Below are positions 10,172 through 19,343 of a stretch of 64,000 nucleotides of DNA, piece by piece. A program made the position numbers and the translations under genes. Below the pieces are notes generated by a model. The model had not been told where the DNA came from. It did not search any database and was given only the letters and a program-made list of their open reading frames with translations. Location: the NCBI GenBank assembly GCA_963743635.1, contig CAVUQO010000002.1:1-64000 (forward strand), read 5' to 3'. This stretch comes from Candidatus Babeliales bacterium. Lineage in GTDB: Bacteria; Babelota; Babeliae; Babelales; Vermiphilaceae. Each line of letters starts with the position of its first letter. Position 1 is the stretch's first letter.

Positions 10172-11836
10172 TTGCAGGAAAATATAGAAACCAGAGTTGG
10201 TATATTTGTTTTAGCTGCGCTTGCGATATTTTTTTACATGGGGTTTCGTATTGGGGCGTTTCGTTTTGACCGCAGTCAGTATAGTACATACACCCTGTAT
10301 TTTAAAGATGTATCTGGTCTATCTCGCAAAGCAGAAGTTAAGATTGCCGGCGTCAAAGTTGGTTGGGTTGAGAGCGTAGAGCTTGCATCCACCGATGGAG
10401 ATCGTCAGGCGGTTACGAATGTCATGGTTCGCAATGATTATTCCTTGTACAACAACTCTTATGGTGTCATCAAGCAGGATGGATTACTCGATCCAAAATA
10501 TATTGAGATCGTTCCCGGCGATCCCTTGTTTGCACGTCTGCATTCCGGAGAAACATTAAAAGAACCGAGCGTTGAGCCGGTTACTATTAACGAGCTCTTC
10601 ACCCAATTTAAAAAAATTGCCGTTAATATTGAGTCTGTTACCGATTCCCTTAAAGGTTCCATTGGAGGGTTAGAAGGCCAGCAACGCATGGACTCAATCG
10701 TGCGTAATTTGGATACCACGATGGAACGCATGGCTTCATTCGGGGGCGTGTTGGAACGAACCTTTGTGCAAAATGAGGAAAATGTAGAAGCGTTCATGGA
10801 AATTGGGCAAAACTTTAGAAAGCTTACCAATCGTTTAGATAACGATGTATTGCCATCATTTCAATCAAGTATCGAAAAAATATCCGATGTGTTTGATCGA
10901 GATTTTAATCGTGTGGCATCAAGACTCGATTCAACCGCAGAGATGTTCGAAGATGCGTCAATTCAAGCGCGCGACAGCTTTAAAAATCTAAATTCAGTTG
11001 CTGAAAAAATAGATGGAGGCAAAGGCCTCATCGGAAAACTGATTAACGAAGACGAAACGTATTACGATATCAAAGCCGCTGTGGGGGGCGTTAAAAATTA
11101 TTTTGCACGAACCGAAATGCTTGAAGTTGTGATGGATTCGCATTTTGAAACGATGTATCGCCGTGCGGAAGATTACAAATATGAAGATGCTAAAGGTTTT
11201 TTCGATATCCGCATTCATCCGAGCGAAGATTATTTTTATCTGGCGCAGATTGCGGCTTCTGAGCGGGGTTATATCGATCGCTATGAAACGCGCCATAGAT
11301 ATGCACTCCCGGGAGATTGCAATACCTGCGATAGTGATGATCAGCGACCGGTTTGTATCGGAGATCTGAATTTGACCGACGGTGAAAAACTGGAACACGT
11401 CTTTGATAAATACACTGAAGTGCGCGTGCGTTATCGTTGGAGACTTGGTTTGCAATTTGGTAAGATCTTCGATCGCATCGCATTGCGCGTTGGTTTAATG
11501 GAAGGCACCGCGGGCGTTGGTGTTGATTTTGATATTCCACTCCAGAATGAAAGAGTCCGTTGGTATACCTCATTGGAATTATTTGAAATGACTGGTTGGA
11601 ACCGTATCGATGATCGTCGTCCTCATGTAAAATGGATGAATAAAATGTATTTCTCACGCAATCTCTATCTCACTTTTGGTGCTGACGACTTTGTCAGTAG
11701 ACGAAACGCAAATGCTTTCGTGGGCGCCGGATTTAGATTTAGTGATGACAATCTCAAATACATGTTCTCAAGCTTTGGTGGCGCAGCAACCGGTGGCATT
11801 GCATCAACCAGCAGCAATATTTACGTAGGCACATAA
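10172..11836 (+). CDS. MCE/MlaD-domain protein with long helical stalk and beta-rich C-terminal domain
   Basis: ETRVGIFV TM; FKDVSGL...VKIAGVKVGWVESV; GLLDPKYIEI; GKGLIGKLINE. Start taken as TTG 10172 after a gagga RBS. Confidence 0.85.
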   Translation: MQENIETRVGIFVLAALAIFFYMGFRIGAFRFDRSQYSTYTLYFKDVSGLSRKAEVKIAGVKVGWVESVELASTDGDRQAVTNVMVRNDYSLYNNSYGVIKQDGLLDPKYIEIVPGDPLFARLHSGETLKEPSVEPVTINELFTQFKKIAVNIESVTDSLKGSIGGLEGQQRMDSIVRNLDTTMERMASFGGVLERTFVQNEENVEAFMEIGQNFRKLTNRLDNDVLPSFQSSIEKISDVFDRDFNRVASRLDSTAEMFEDASIQARDSFKNLNSVAEKIDGGKGLIGKLINEDETYYDIKAAVGGVKNYFARTEMLEVVMDSHFETMYRRAEDYKYEDAKGFFDIRIHPSEDYFYLAQIAASERGYIDRYETRHRYALPGDCNTCDSDDQRPVCIGDLNLTDGEKLEHVFDKYTEVRVRYRWRLGLQFGKIFDRIALRVGLMEGTAGVGVDFDIPLQNERVRWYTSLELFEMTGWNRIDDRRPHVKWMNKMYFSRNLYLTFGADDFVSRRNANAFVGAGFRFSDDNLKYMFSSFGGAATGGIASTSSNIYVGT

Positions 11837-11846
11837 GAGTCTTTTA

Positions 11847-11892
11847 TAGCAGAAGGATTATCGATGAAGATAATCCTTCTGCTATTTTTTTT
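11847..11892 (+). terminator. Intrinsic terminator
   Basis: agcagaaggattatc-gatgaa-gataatccttctgct followed by a T tract. Confidence 0.8.
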
Positions 11893-11973
11893 GTGTCAGA
11901 ACTCTTGCATTTACCTTTGTATGTACGGAATTATAACAAGGAGATGATTATTGAGGGTCAAAGGAGGAACGTA

Positions 11974-12876
11974 ATGAAAAAAACATACATAACAAATCTA
12001 ATTTTTGTATTCCTAATTACTTCACATGTCATGCATGCTAGCCTCAGCGCAGAAGATGCGCGTAAAATTGGCAATCTCATTTGGAGCAACGAAGCTGATC
12101 AGCGCGTAGACTTATTAGTATTTTGGAGTCCGTACGCACCATTTCCAGAAATTGGTATCGGGCACTACATTTGGTATCCGCAGGGACAAACGGGGCCATA
12201 TACAGAGCAATTTCCGTCGTTGTGTGCCTACATAGAAGAGCGTGGCGTGCAACCCCCTGATTGGGTGCAGGATGCATTGATCGCAGGCGGGGCGCCATGG
12301 CAATCTCGTGATGAATTTCTAGCGGATAAAACGCGCGTTGGCGAATTGCGCCAATTTTTAGCATCAACTGTTGAGTTGCAAACCGAGTTTATGATCAAAC
12401 GATTAGAAAATGAATGGCCATACATAGTGGATGCTGCGCCAGAAGAAAAAAAAGAACAGGTGCAGATTCAATTTAATCTTATGCGTTGCACCTTATTGGG
12501 CACCTACGCACTGGTTGATTATCTCAATTTTAAAGGTAGTGGATTAAATCCGCATGAAGAGCGCAAAGGTGAACGATGGGGATTATTGCAAGTGCTCATG
12601 GATATGCCCGATGATTTGACTGAAGAAAATGTAACTAAGTCATTTGCTATCTGCGCTGCGCGCAGATTAATTCTACTCATGAGTAACTCGGGTCCGGAAT
12701 ATAAGTCGGTGAAATTTCTTGCGGGATGGATAAAGCGGGTGAGCACTTATGCGCGTCCTACTATTTTTGATTCGGTGGAATCACACAGAGATTATCTGTG
12801 GCGTTCGATTGCTGAGCTTTATGTGGGGTTGAAATCGGTGGGGCAGCGTTTTTTTGATCATATATCCTTGCGATAA
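11974..12876 (+). CDS. Exported hypothetical protein
   Basis: aaggagg RBS; signal peptide (MHA|S); motifs IGIGHYIWYP, DYLNFKGSG, WGLLQVL. Confidence 0.8.
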   Translation: MKKTYITNLIFVFLITSHVMHASLSAEDARKIGNLIWSNEADQRVDLLVFWSPYAPFPEIGIGHYIWYPQGQTGPYTEQFPSLCAYIEERGVQPPDWVQDALIAGGAPWQSRDEFLADKTRVGELRQFLASTVELQTEFMIKRLENEWPYIVDAAPEEKKEQVQIQFNLMRCTLLGTYALVDYLNFKGSGLNPHEERKGERWGLLQVLMDMPDDLTEENVTKSFAICAARRLILLMSNSGPEYKSVKFLAGWIKRVSTYARPTIFDSVESHRDYLWRSIAELYVGLKSVGQRFFDHISLR

Positions 12877-12895
12877 CAATGAGCGCCAGCGGCTA

Positions 12896-14608
12896 TCACA
12901 TTGGCACTGCAACGGGCAACACGCCTTCAGCTTTCAACGTGCCGCGTAACACATCGAGCGTTGCTTCCCAGAGTGCAGGTGTATCTTTATATGCGTATGC
13001 CATGATAATCGCATCAGCATCATTAAAATAACGAATGCTGTAGGGACTTCCAAAGATTACTGCAACAATCTTTTTCCCCTGCCCTTTCAATTGGCGTATC
13101 AGCAGACAAGTGTTTGCAGATACGCCAAAATCTTTATCAGCGAATTTATTCATGCCATTAATCAGCATAACCACCGTATCATTTTGTGATGCAGCATTAA
13201 GACAATGAGCGACATTCGTATCAGACATCGCAGCAGGAACGTGGCGCAATGTAGGCGCATGTTTTTTGAATTGAATATTTGGTGTGCCACCAACTTGAAT
13301 AATGCAGCTGTGTTCAAATAAGCTATCGCTAAACGGTACCTCGAGAGTGTTACGTGCGACGGTTATAGTTTTACGATAAAGTTCGCGTTGTAATGCAAAC
13401 GCTTCGGGCCGCACTAAATACGCATCCGGATCATCACATACATTCTTTTGGTGTTGTTTAAACGCCCATTCTTTTGCTTGTAATATTTTCAGTACACGCT
13501 GATCAAGATCCGCTTCGCTTATCTTTCCATCGCAAATTGCCTGCTCAATCAACTCAACGGCGCGTGGAACATTCAGTGGGCAGAGCAATATATCATTGCC
13601 AGCAAGTAACGCTTCCAGCTCGAGGTCTCCAGGCGCATAATGGTTGGTAATTGCTTTCATGCCCAAGCCATCCGTAATCGCCAATCCCTTAAAATGAAAT
13701 TCATTTTTGAGTAAGTTTGTTACCACATTGTAAGACAAGCTTGAAGGTCTATCGGGCCTTGCATCAAGCGCAGGCACTTGCAGATGCGCAATCATAACGC
13801 CGCCAATGCCAGCATCGATAAGCGCTTGAAAAGGCGGCAATTCAATCTTATTAAGGCGGGCCCTCGTATGTTTTATTTTGGGAAGTGTCTCGTGCGAATC
13901 ATCTTCAGTATCTCCGTGTCCTGGAAGATGTTTGATGACTGCTATAACGCCCGCATCTTGAATTCCACGCGCATATAATGCTGCAAGTCGCGCCACTTTT
14001 TGCGGATCATCGCCAAATGAACGATCATGAATTACGGGGTTTTGGGCATTATTATTAACGTCGACGACGGGTGCAAAATTCATATGTACGCCAATTTGTG
14101 CGCATTGCTTGCCAATCTCTTTGCCTAGTTCATAGATGAGATATTCATTCTCTTTTGATAATGCGCCGAGCGTCATCAAATGCGGATAACGCGTTACTTT
14201 TGAAGGATCGTGATCTAATGATTGACTCAATCCCCATTCTAAATCTTGCCCAACCAGCAGCGGAATTTTTGATTCAGCTTGATACCGCTCAATATATTTG
14301 CGTTGGAGATCTGGTTCACTTTTAAAAAGAAAAATAAGACCGCCAATATGATATTCTTTGATGAGCATTGTTACATAATCTGGATCGACATTATAGGGAG
14401 AATCGCGTTGCGTTGGAGCGAGTGGATCATCCGGCGTGTAAAAAATCGAAGTCGCTGGAACCATAAAAAGTTGGCCAATTTTTTGCCGTAATGTGAGCGT
14501 TTTGAGCAATGCTTCAGTGCTCGCATTTGCTTCTTGCAAGAACGGTGGCTGTATGGCGAATGTATTGATCGTGAAAAATAAGCAGATGAGTGCGCGAGAA
14601 CGTAGCAT
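12896..14608 (-). CDS. nagZ: Glycoside hydrolase family 3, beta-N-acetylglucosaminidase
   Basis: FAPVVDV, DRSFGDDP, KHLPGHGDTEDDSH, ITDGLGM; signal peptide; aaggagg RBS. Confidence 0.9.
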   Translation of the reverse strand: MLRSRALICLFFTINTFAIQPPFLQEANASTEALLKTLTLRQKIGQLFMVPATSIFYTPDDPLAPTQRDSPYNVDPDYVTMLIKEYHIGGLIFLFKSEPDLQRKYIERYQAESKIPLLVGQDLEWGLSQSLDHDPSKVTRYPHLMTLGALSKENEYLIYELGKEIGKQCAQIGVHMNFAPVVDVNNNAQNPVIHDRSFGDDPQKVARLAALYARGIQDAGVIAVIKHLPGHGDTEDDSHETLPKIKHTRARLNKIELPPFQALIDAGIGGVMIAHLQVPALDARPDRPSSLSYNVVTNLLKNEFHFKGLAITDGLGMKAITNHYAPGDLELEALLAGNDILLCPLNVPRAVELIEQAICDGKISEADLDQRVLKILQAKEWAFKQHQKNVCDDPDAYLVRPEAFALQRELYRKTITVARNTLEVPFSDSLFEHSCIIQVGGTPNIQFKKHAPTLRHVPAAMSDTNVAHCLNAASQNDTVVMLINGMNKFADKDFGVSANTCLLIRQLKGQGKKIVAVIFGSPYSIRYFNDADAIIMAYAYKDTPALWEATLDVLRGTLKAEGVLPVAVPM

Positions 14609-14619
14609 GAGTCCCTCCT

Positions 14620-15525
14620 TTATTTTTTGCATGCGCATTGTTCATTAGTTTTTGCTTTATATTGACAGAGTAACGCATCCAAAATTTGGGCGGTTTCTAA
14701 ATCTGTGTTGCCGGAAATATCACGAGCTCTGAAATGCATTTGAAACGTGCGTACGATATCTCGCGCAGAAGCTTGATTGTCTGGTTTTTTGTAACCCCAA
14801 TGATGCAAATGAGGAATGAGCCATGATCCTTCGAGATCATTTGATTTGAGCGCGTCGCGCAGGCATGCGGTATCATCATGGATTGCAAGGTTTGGCCATG
14901 CGCCAACACCTTCCTCATGTAATCGTTTCCATGGAAAGAGTGGGCCTGGATCGACTTTTCTTTTTGGCGCAATATCGCTGTGCCCAACTACATTTTCTGG
15001 CTTGATATTATATTGCGCAACGAGATATTTGCTCAATGCAATGCTGGCCTTGATTTGTTCATCATCAAATGGATACCATTCTTCACTAGATCCCGGTACT
15101 GATGTGCCCTTAGGTTGTGAATCTTTGACTTTGTATCCCATATTGACGTGCTCAATGCCGAGTGAGTTCAAATTAAGATTCCAAGGCCCGTCGTCAGCAG
15201 ATCGGCCGGTTGCGCCATTCCAATAAGAGTCCCCCGCATGATGGGCCGCCTTTTCATCAGCGATGTTGCGAAATATGTGCCCCTCTTCGCTGATGATATA
15301 ATGGGAGGATACAACTTTTTCGTCATCTAAAAATATTGCAAACGTTGTTGCCGTACTTTCAGCGGTGTAATGCATTACGAGAGTATCAATAGCTTTACCG
15401 GCGCGTGCACTATAATGGCCAGACTTTTGCCCAATATCGTATATTTTGGGTTCATCAGGAGGTGCTGAAGTGATGCTGAGCAGGGAATGCGCTAGACAAA
15501 TAATCAAGAATGATATTCTTTTCAT
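14620..15525 (-). CDS. N-acetylmuramoyl-L-alanine amidase (Amidase_2, AmiD-like) with PG-binding tail
   Basis: LVMHYT, SSHY, AHHAG, SLGIE, GHSDIAPKRKVDPGPLFPW, FQMHFR. Confidence 0.9.
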   Translation of the reverse strand: MKRISFLIICLAHSLLSITSAPPDEPKIYDIGQKSGHYSARAGKAIDTLVMHYTAESTATTFAIFLDDEKVVSSHYIISEEGHIFRNIADEKAAHHAGDSYWNGATGRSADDGPWNLNLNSLGIEHVNMGYKVKDSQPKGTSVPGSSEEWYPFDDEQIKASIALSKYLVAQYNIKPENVVGHSDIAPKRKVDPGPLFPWKRLHEEGVGAWPNLAIHDDTACLRDALKSNDLEGSWLIPHLHHWGYKKPDNQASARDIVRTFQMHFRARDISGNTDLETAQILDALLCQYKAKTNEQCACKK

Positions 15526-15757
15526 ATGGGTTCCTTTGGTAGGGCATGGAAGCATAAGATTGTGTTTATCTTAACGCAAATGAAAAAAACAACAAAAAGA
15601 TTGAATATTCATACTTATAGAGTAGTCAGGGGGGCCCTTGGCATGATATAATGGAGATATCAAATCTTATCTCGTTAACGAACCTCCCCTTGCGGCATGA
15701 TTGAACACATACTGTTGTTACGAACGCAAGGGGCATAAAATTGCCCTTCTTGTAGAT

Positions 15758-16360
15758 TTAGCACGTTACTGGGGCATAATTATACTTGCGAGAATATCTC
15801 TGAGCAGCATAGATGATCTTATCTGCAGCATCAGCGCCTGCAACTATAGCATAAGCAGATGCAAAGTTGTTGCATTGAGATATTGTTTCAAGATTCTTCC
15901 TGAGGCAGGTTGTAAGATCTCTCTCAGATATAAGAATATCCCGCTTTTTTTGATATTCCAGTTCTTCGACCGTAGGATTAAAAAATCTATATATGCTGTA
16001 TACTCCTCCGGTAGCAACGACTCCTCCTGCCACGTATGGTGCAGCCGGTGCGCTCGCAATTACAATAATGGCAGCTTTTGCGGTGACCGCTGCTTTTGTT
16101 GCAGCAGCAGCAATAGCAGCACCTGTTTTGGTTGCAGCTGCACCTATCATGGTAAGAGCTCCGGTGCCAAATTGAGCCCCAAATTGATTCCCGAACGCTG
16201 CTGATGTATCTTTTAATGCTGGCATGTTCTTTTCGATAACCTCATCTAGTTTTTCAAGTCCTTTTACCCCCATTGCATCATGCTTTGCAAGGCTATGATT
16301 ATGTGTTGCAATGGCAGAAATGACGATTGCACATAAGGCAATATTTCTAATATTTTTCAT
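15758..16360 (-). CDS. Exported protein with a long Gly/Ala-rich hydrophobic segment
   Basis: Signal peptide (SLA|K); FGAQFGTGALTMIGAAA...YVAGGVVATGGVYSIY. Confidence 0.75.
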   Translation of the reverse strand: MKNIRNIALCAIVISAIATHNHSLAKHDAMGVKGLEKLDEVIEKNMPALKDTSAAFGNQFGAQFGTGALTMIGAAATKTGAAIAAAATKAAVTAKAAIIVIASAPAAPYVAGGVVATGGVYSIYRFFNPTVEELEYQKKRDILISERDLTTCLRKNLETISQCNNFASAYAIVAGADAADKIIYAAQRYSRKYNYAPVTC

Positions 16361-16396
16361 GAATGATACCTATTTAATTATGAGAATTTTATTTGC

Positions 16397-16882
16397 TTAT
16401 ACATTTTTTAACGCAATTTCTAGTGCAAGAAACTCTTGAGCGCATTGCTCATAGCGCTTGACAAGCTTGAATAATAAATGGTATTCGATGCTATATCGAA
16501 TCATCATAGCCTTGGTTCTTTCAAGGACCTCATCAAAATTTTTAGTAACGTTATCGAATCTGGTTGCAAGGAATTTTTGAAGGTCTTCTGCGGCCCATCC
16601 AACGTTATCTAACTCTTCTCCAAAAGGATGTATTTCTTTTTTGAATTGTTCATATTCCTCTTTATTTGATATTCCAAAATGCATTGACAAGAAGTCTTTC
16701 TGCGCTTGGAATGTAGAATCTATCCACTGTTGTTTTTCTTCAATCATTCTAGCAAGCTGAAAAAGCTCAACTTCTTTGGCCTGAAGATCGTTATTTAATT
16801 GTTGTATGCGTGTATCGGCTCTATTGCCAATAAGAGTACATGGTACTAATAACACGCTTAAAATCATGCCTTTATAGGTCAT
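16397..16882 (-). CDS. Exported coiled-coil hypothetical protein
   Basis: Probable start MTYKGMILSVLLV after an aagga RBS; heptad-rich body. Confidence 0.7.
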   Translation of the reverse strand: MTYKGMILSVLLVPCTLIGNRADTRIQQLNNDLQAKEVELFQLARMIEEKQQWIDSTFQAQKDFLSMHFGISNKEEYEQFKKEIHPFGEELDNVGWAAEDLQKFLATRFDNVTKNFDEVLERTKAMMIRYSIEYHLLFKLVKRYEQCAQEFLALEIALKNV

Positions 16883-16924
16883 GGTATTCCTTTGATTATG
16901 AAATGAATGAAATGTTTTTGGTAT

Positions 16925-16944
16925 GGCCCCGGAATTCCGGGGCT
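16925..16944. terminator. GC hairpin downstream of the RLRGG operon
   Basis: ggccccggaattccggggct. Confidence 0.5.
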
Positions 16945-17028
16945 CACTTTTATTTGATCCAATAATATAGGACATTTATTGGGAACAAGATGATAGTTAT
17001 GATCGATGCTTAAATGTGGCTGAAATAG

Positions 17029-17166
17029 CTATTTATTAATCCATTCATTAACTTCATCTTCAATATCTACGAGATTTTTAGGGCTATAGAAATAACGCCA
17101 TATCCATACATTCCATAAGAGAGTCAAGATAAGGCCTCCAAGAAGAGTATGTTGAAACATAGTCAT
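17029..17166 (-). CDS. Small single-TM membrane protein (45 aa), not in the ORF track
   Basis: Hand translation MTMFQHTLLGGLILTLLWNVWIWRYFYSPKNLVDIEDEVNEWINK*; ATGA overlap with the upstream stop. Confidence 0.6.
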   Translation of the reverse strand: MTMFQHTLLGGLILTLLWNVWIWRYFYSPKNLVDIEDEVNEWINK

Positions 17167-17312
17167 TTCTTTTTCCTCAAGTATCGAGAAATAAGCACAA
17201 ATTCATCTTCGCCCTTTAGCACATACCATTTTATGTAATAGAGTACTAACCAGGTGAAAAGACCGATTATGACTATCTCATACCAATACCAATAAAAAAA
17301 CCATGTTCTCAC
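17163..17312 (-). CDS. Small aromatic-rich single-TM protein (49 aa)
   Basis: GTG start overlaps the upstream TGA (GTGA); MRTWFFYWYWYEIVIIGLFTWLVLYYIKWYVLKGEDEFVLISRYLRKKK. Confidence 0.6.
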   Translation of the reverse strand: MRTWFFYWYWYEIVIIGLFTWLVLYYIKWYVLKGEDEFVLISRYLRKKK

Positions 17313-17848
17313 ACAGGGCCTGTCGCAACGGCGCCTGTCATGCCAACAGCTATACCAGCTGCACACGCTGCTTTATGAATAGGTATAGCAAACATTTTTT
17401 CGAGTGTTGTTGAAACTGGACCGTAACCAGGGCCTGTTAAGGCTGCAACGCCATGGATTAATCCATGACCAACTAAAGTAACCGCACCATATCCGAGGTA
17501 AGCTCCGAGCCATGCTCCGAAAGCGCCACCACCTCGTAAACGCTGTTGTATATCAATGTTATAAGTTTCATTCAACGTTTTATTCACTTTTAGGTATGCA
17601 CCTGCAGTGAGCATTTCAGCGAGCTTGCCCGTTGAAATATTTCGTAATTCGGGAGCCATTTGAGCAGCTTGCAATACATGCGCGCCATCTTGGTCTTCAA
17701 TAGTGAATGAGTTGTTTTCGTGGATTATTGAGACGTTCTCGATTGATCGAGGCAATGATAATGATTCTCTATCAATGATCATTGCGTTGCTGAGACTGAT
17801 AGTCATCAGCATAGATAAGGCAATAAAGCCTTTTTTGATTGGTAACAT
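17309..17848 (-). CDS. Secreted precursor: signal peptide + ~85-aa domain ending RLRGG + 72-aa Gly/Ala-rich hydrophobic peptide
   Basis: SNA|MII...IDIQQRLRGG|GAFGAWLGAYLGYGAV...GAVATGPV. Confidence 0.85.
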   Translation of the reverse strand: MLPIKKGFIALSMLMTISLSNAMIIDRESLSLPRSIENVSIIHENNSFTIEDQDGAHVLQAAQMAPELRNISTGKLAEMLTAGAYLKVNKTLNETYNIDIQQRLRGGGAFGAWLGAYLGYGAVTLVGHGLIHGVAALTGPGYGPVSTTLEKMFAIPIHKAACAAGIAVGMTGAVATGPV

Positions 17849-17869
17849 AGAGTTACTCCGTATATGATT

Positions 17870-18013
17870 AAATGTACTGCTAAGTATTCAATTGCTTCAA
17901 TTACGAGATCTCACATACTCTTTTTGACTAATCACACAGGTAACCTTAAGCATTTTCAGCAACTCGAGCCAAAGATTAACGGTGAGAGGAGTCAAATCCT
18001 TCTTATGTTCCAT
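17870..18013 (-). pseudogene. Possible degenerate ribbon-helix-helix DNA-binding gene
   Basis: MEHKKDLTPLTVNLWLELLKMLKVTCVISQ then, after a frame change, KSM*DLVIEAIEYL. Confidence 0.3.
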
Positions 18014-18118
18014 TATTACTTTCCTTTTAGTGTAATTACATGATCAAGTATATAAGCAAAAAAAGAATCTACAACGAGTAAAGCAAGCTGGATTTTTGTA
18101 GTAACTTTCTTGCGATCA

Positions 18119-18886
18119 CTATCTCGTTATTTGTTCCAGCTTGTAATGGGCGAGCCATGATTGAAACAAGGTATGCAAAAACGTAACGCGTTGTTTTCGC
18201 TCCTGCAGTTGGCTCAAAAGTGTGTCTGGGAATGCTATGATTCGCGGTAGTCCAAACTGCATACTCCATGAAATGTAGGCATGATATTGCGTTAAAAGCT
18301 CTTTTTCTTGAGCAATTTCAGCTGAGAATGTAATAAGGGGTGTCAGCGAATCAATGGGATTTTCGGGTGACATGTATCGATCTTGAGCGGCCATAATGAG
18401 ATCGCGCGTGAGCTGGTCTTGCGGAATAGCGAGCAATCTTTCAAAAGAAATATCCTTTTTCCAATTACTCCAGCGTTGCGGATTTTCTACATATGCCTCT
18501 ATTGAGCGTATTTTGTAAAAGAGGTAGCCATACGTTCCTGCAACGGTCAGGGCGGCGATGGAATATTTATTATCGTAGCAGAACTGATACGTGGTGTTTG
18601 CTAGATCGCTGAAACGCACCGTGCCAAAGTTATTTTTATAACGGCCGCTTGAGATTGAGGTTGCGTTCAGATCAAGGGGCGGTATGCCCTCATTCTTAAC
18701 GTATAAATTATAATGTATAGTGGCGTCGTCTCCTTCGCTTATGGTGGTATGGGAGATCATAGTATTCGATGAACTGGTAACGCTCGTTGCTGGCATTGGA
18801 GGTGAGCTTTGGGTTTTTTTTCCAAAGATGGAGTCGTAACCGCCAAGCGCGAATAATGCAAGAAATATTCCTTCTATTACCAACAT
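18119..18886 (-). CDS. Hypothetical membrane protein
   Basis: 255-aa ORF with an N-terminal hydrophobic segment and an internal TM (YSIAALTVAGTYGYLFY). Confidence 0.75.
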   Translation of the reverse strand: MLVIEGIFLALFALGGYDSIFGKKTQSSPPMPATSVTSSSNTMISHTTISEGDDATIHYNLYVKNEGIPPLDLNATSISSGRYKNNFGTVRFSDLANTTYQFCYDNKYSIAALTVAGTYGYLFYKIRSIEAYVENPQRWSNWKKDISFERLLAIPQDQLTRDLIMAAQDRYMSPENPIDSLTPLITFSAEIAQEKELLTQYHAYISWSMQFGLPRIIAFPDTLLSQLQERKQRVTFLHTLFQSWLAHYKLEQITR

Positions 18887-18914
18887 AAACGTATCCCCCC
18901 GTTTGGTAAAATAT

Positions 18915-19080
18915 TTATTCTATCTCGCGAAATACCATGCGTTTCAGCGCATGGATGTAAGCGAATAGAATAACCCGGCGTAGCAAAATACTTCCTGAGG
19001 TTTTACTTCGAAGTATTAGCGAAGCCTGGGTCTTTCAGTAAAACTCAGCGCTCAACTGGGTTTTAACCCTTTGAGCGCCT
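18915..19080. repeat. Mosaic of three palindromic element families
   Basis: IS605-end-like hairpin 18925-18964; cccggcgtagc...gcgaagcctggg 18973-19030 (near reverse complement of 50866-50920); gcgctcaactgggttttaaccctttgagcgc 19048-19078. Confidence 0.75.
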
Positions 19081-19343
19081 CCTATAGAATATCTGAAATG
19101 AATGGAGGAATGCTAGAATAATATGAATTATCTTATTGAAGATCTCTCGCACAATGCTCTCCCTCTCTTTCGTTCAGGATAGCATCACTCGAGACGAACG
19201 GAAGGAGGGGATTTTACTTATTTTTATGATGAAATCGCCATTTAATATTAGTCTGCTTGCATCGAGGTCGCGATTGCAGAATTTTTTTTGTCGAGGTATG
19301 GTCTAATCATATCCAAAGGCACTCTCTATCAAGGTCTATTATT

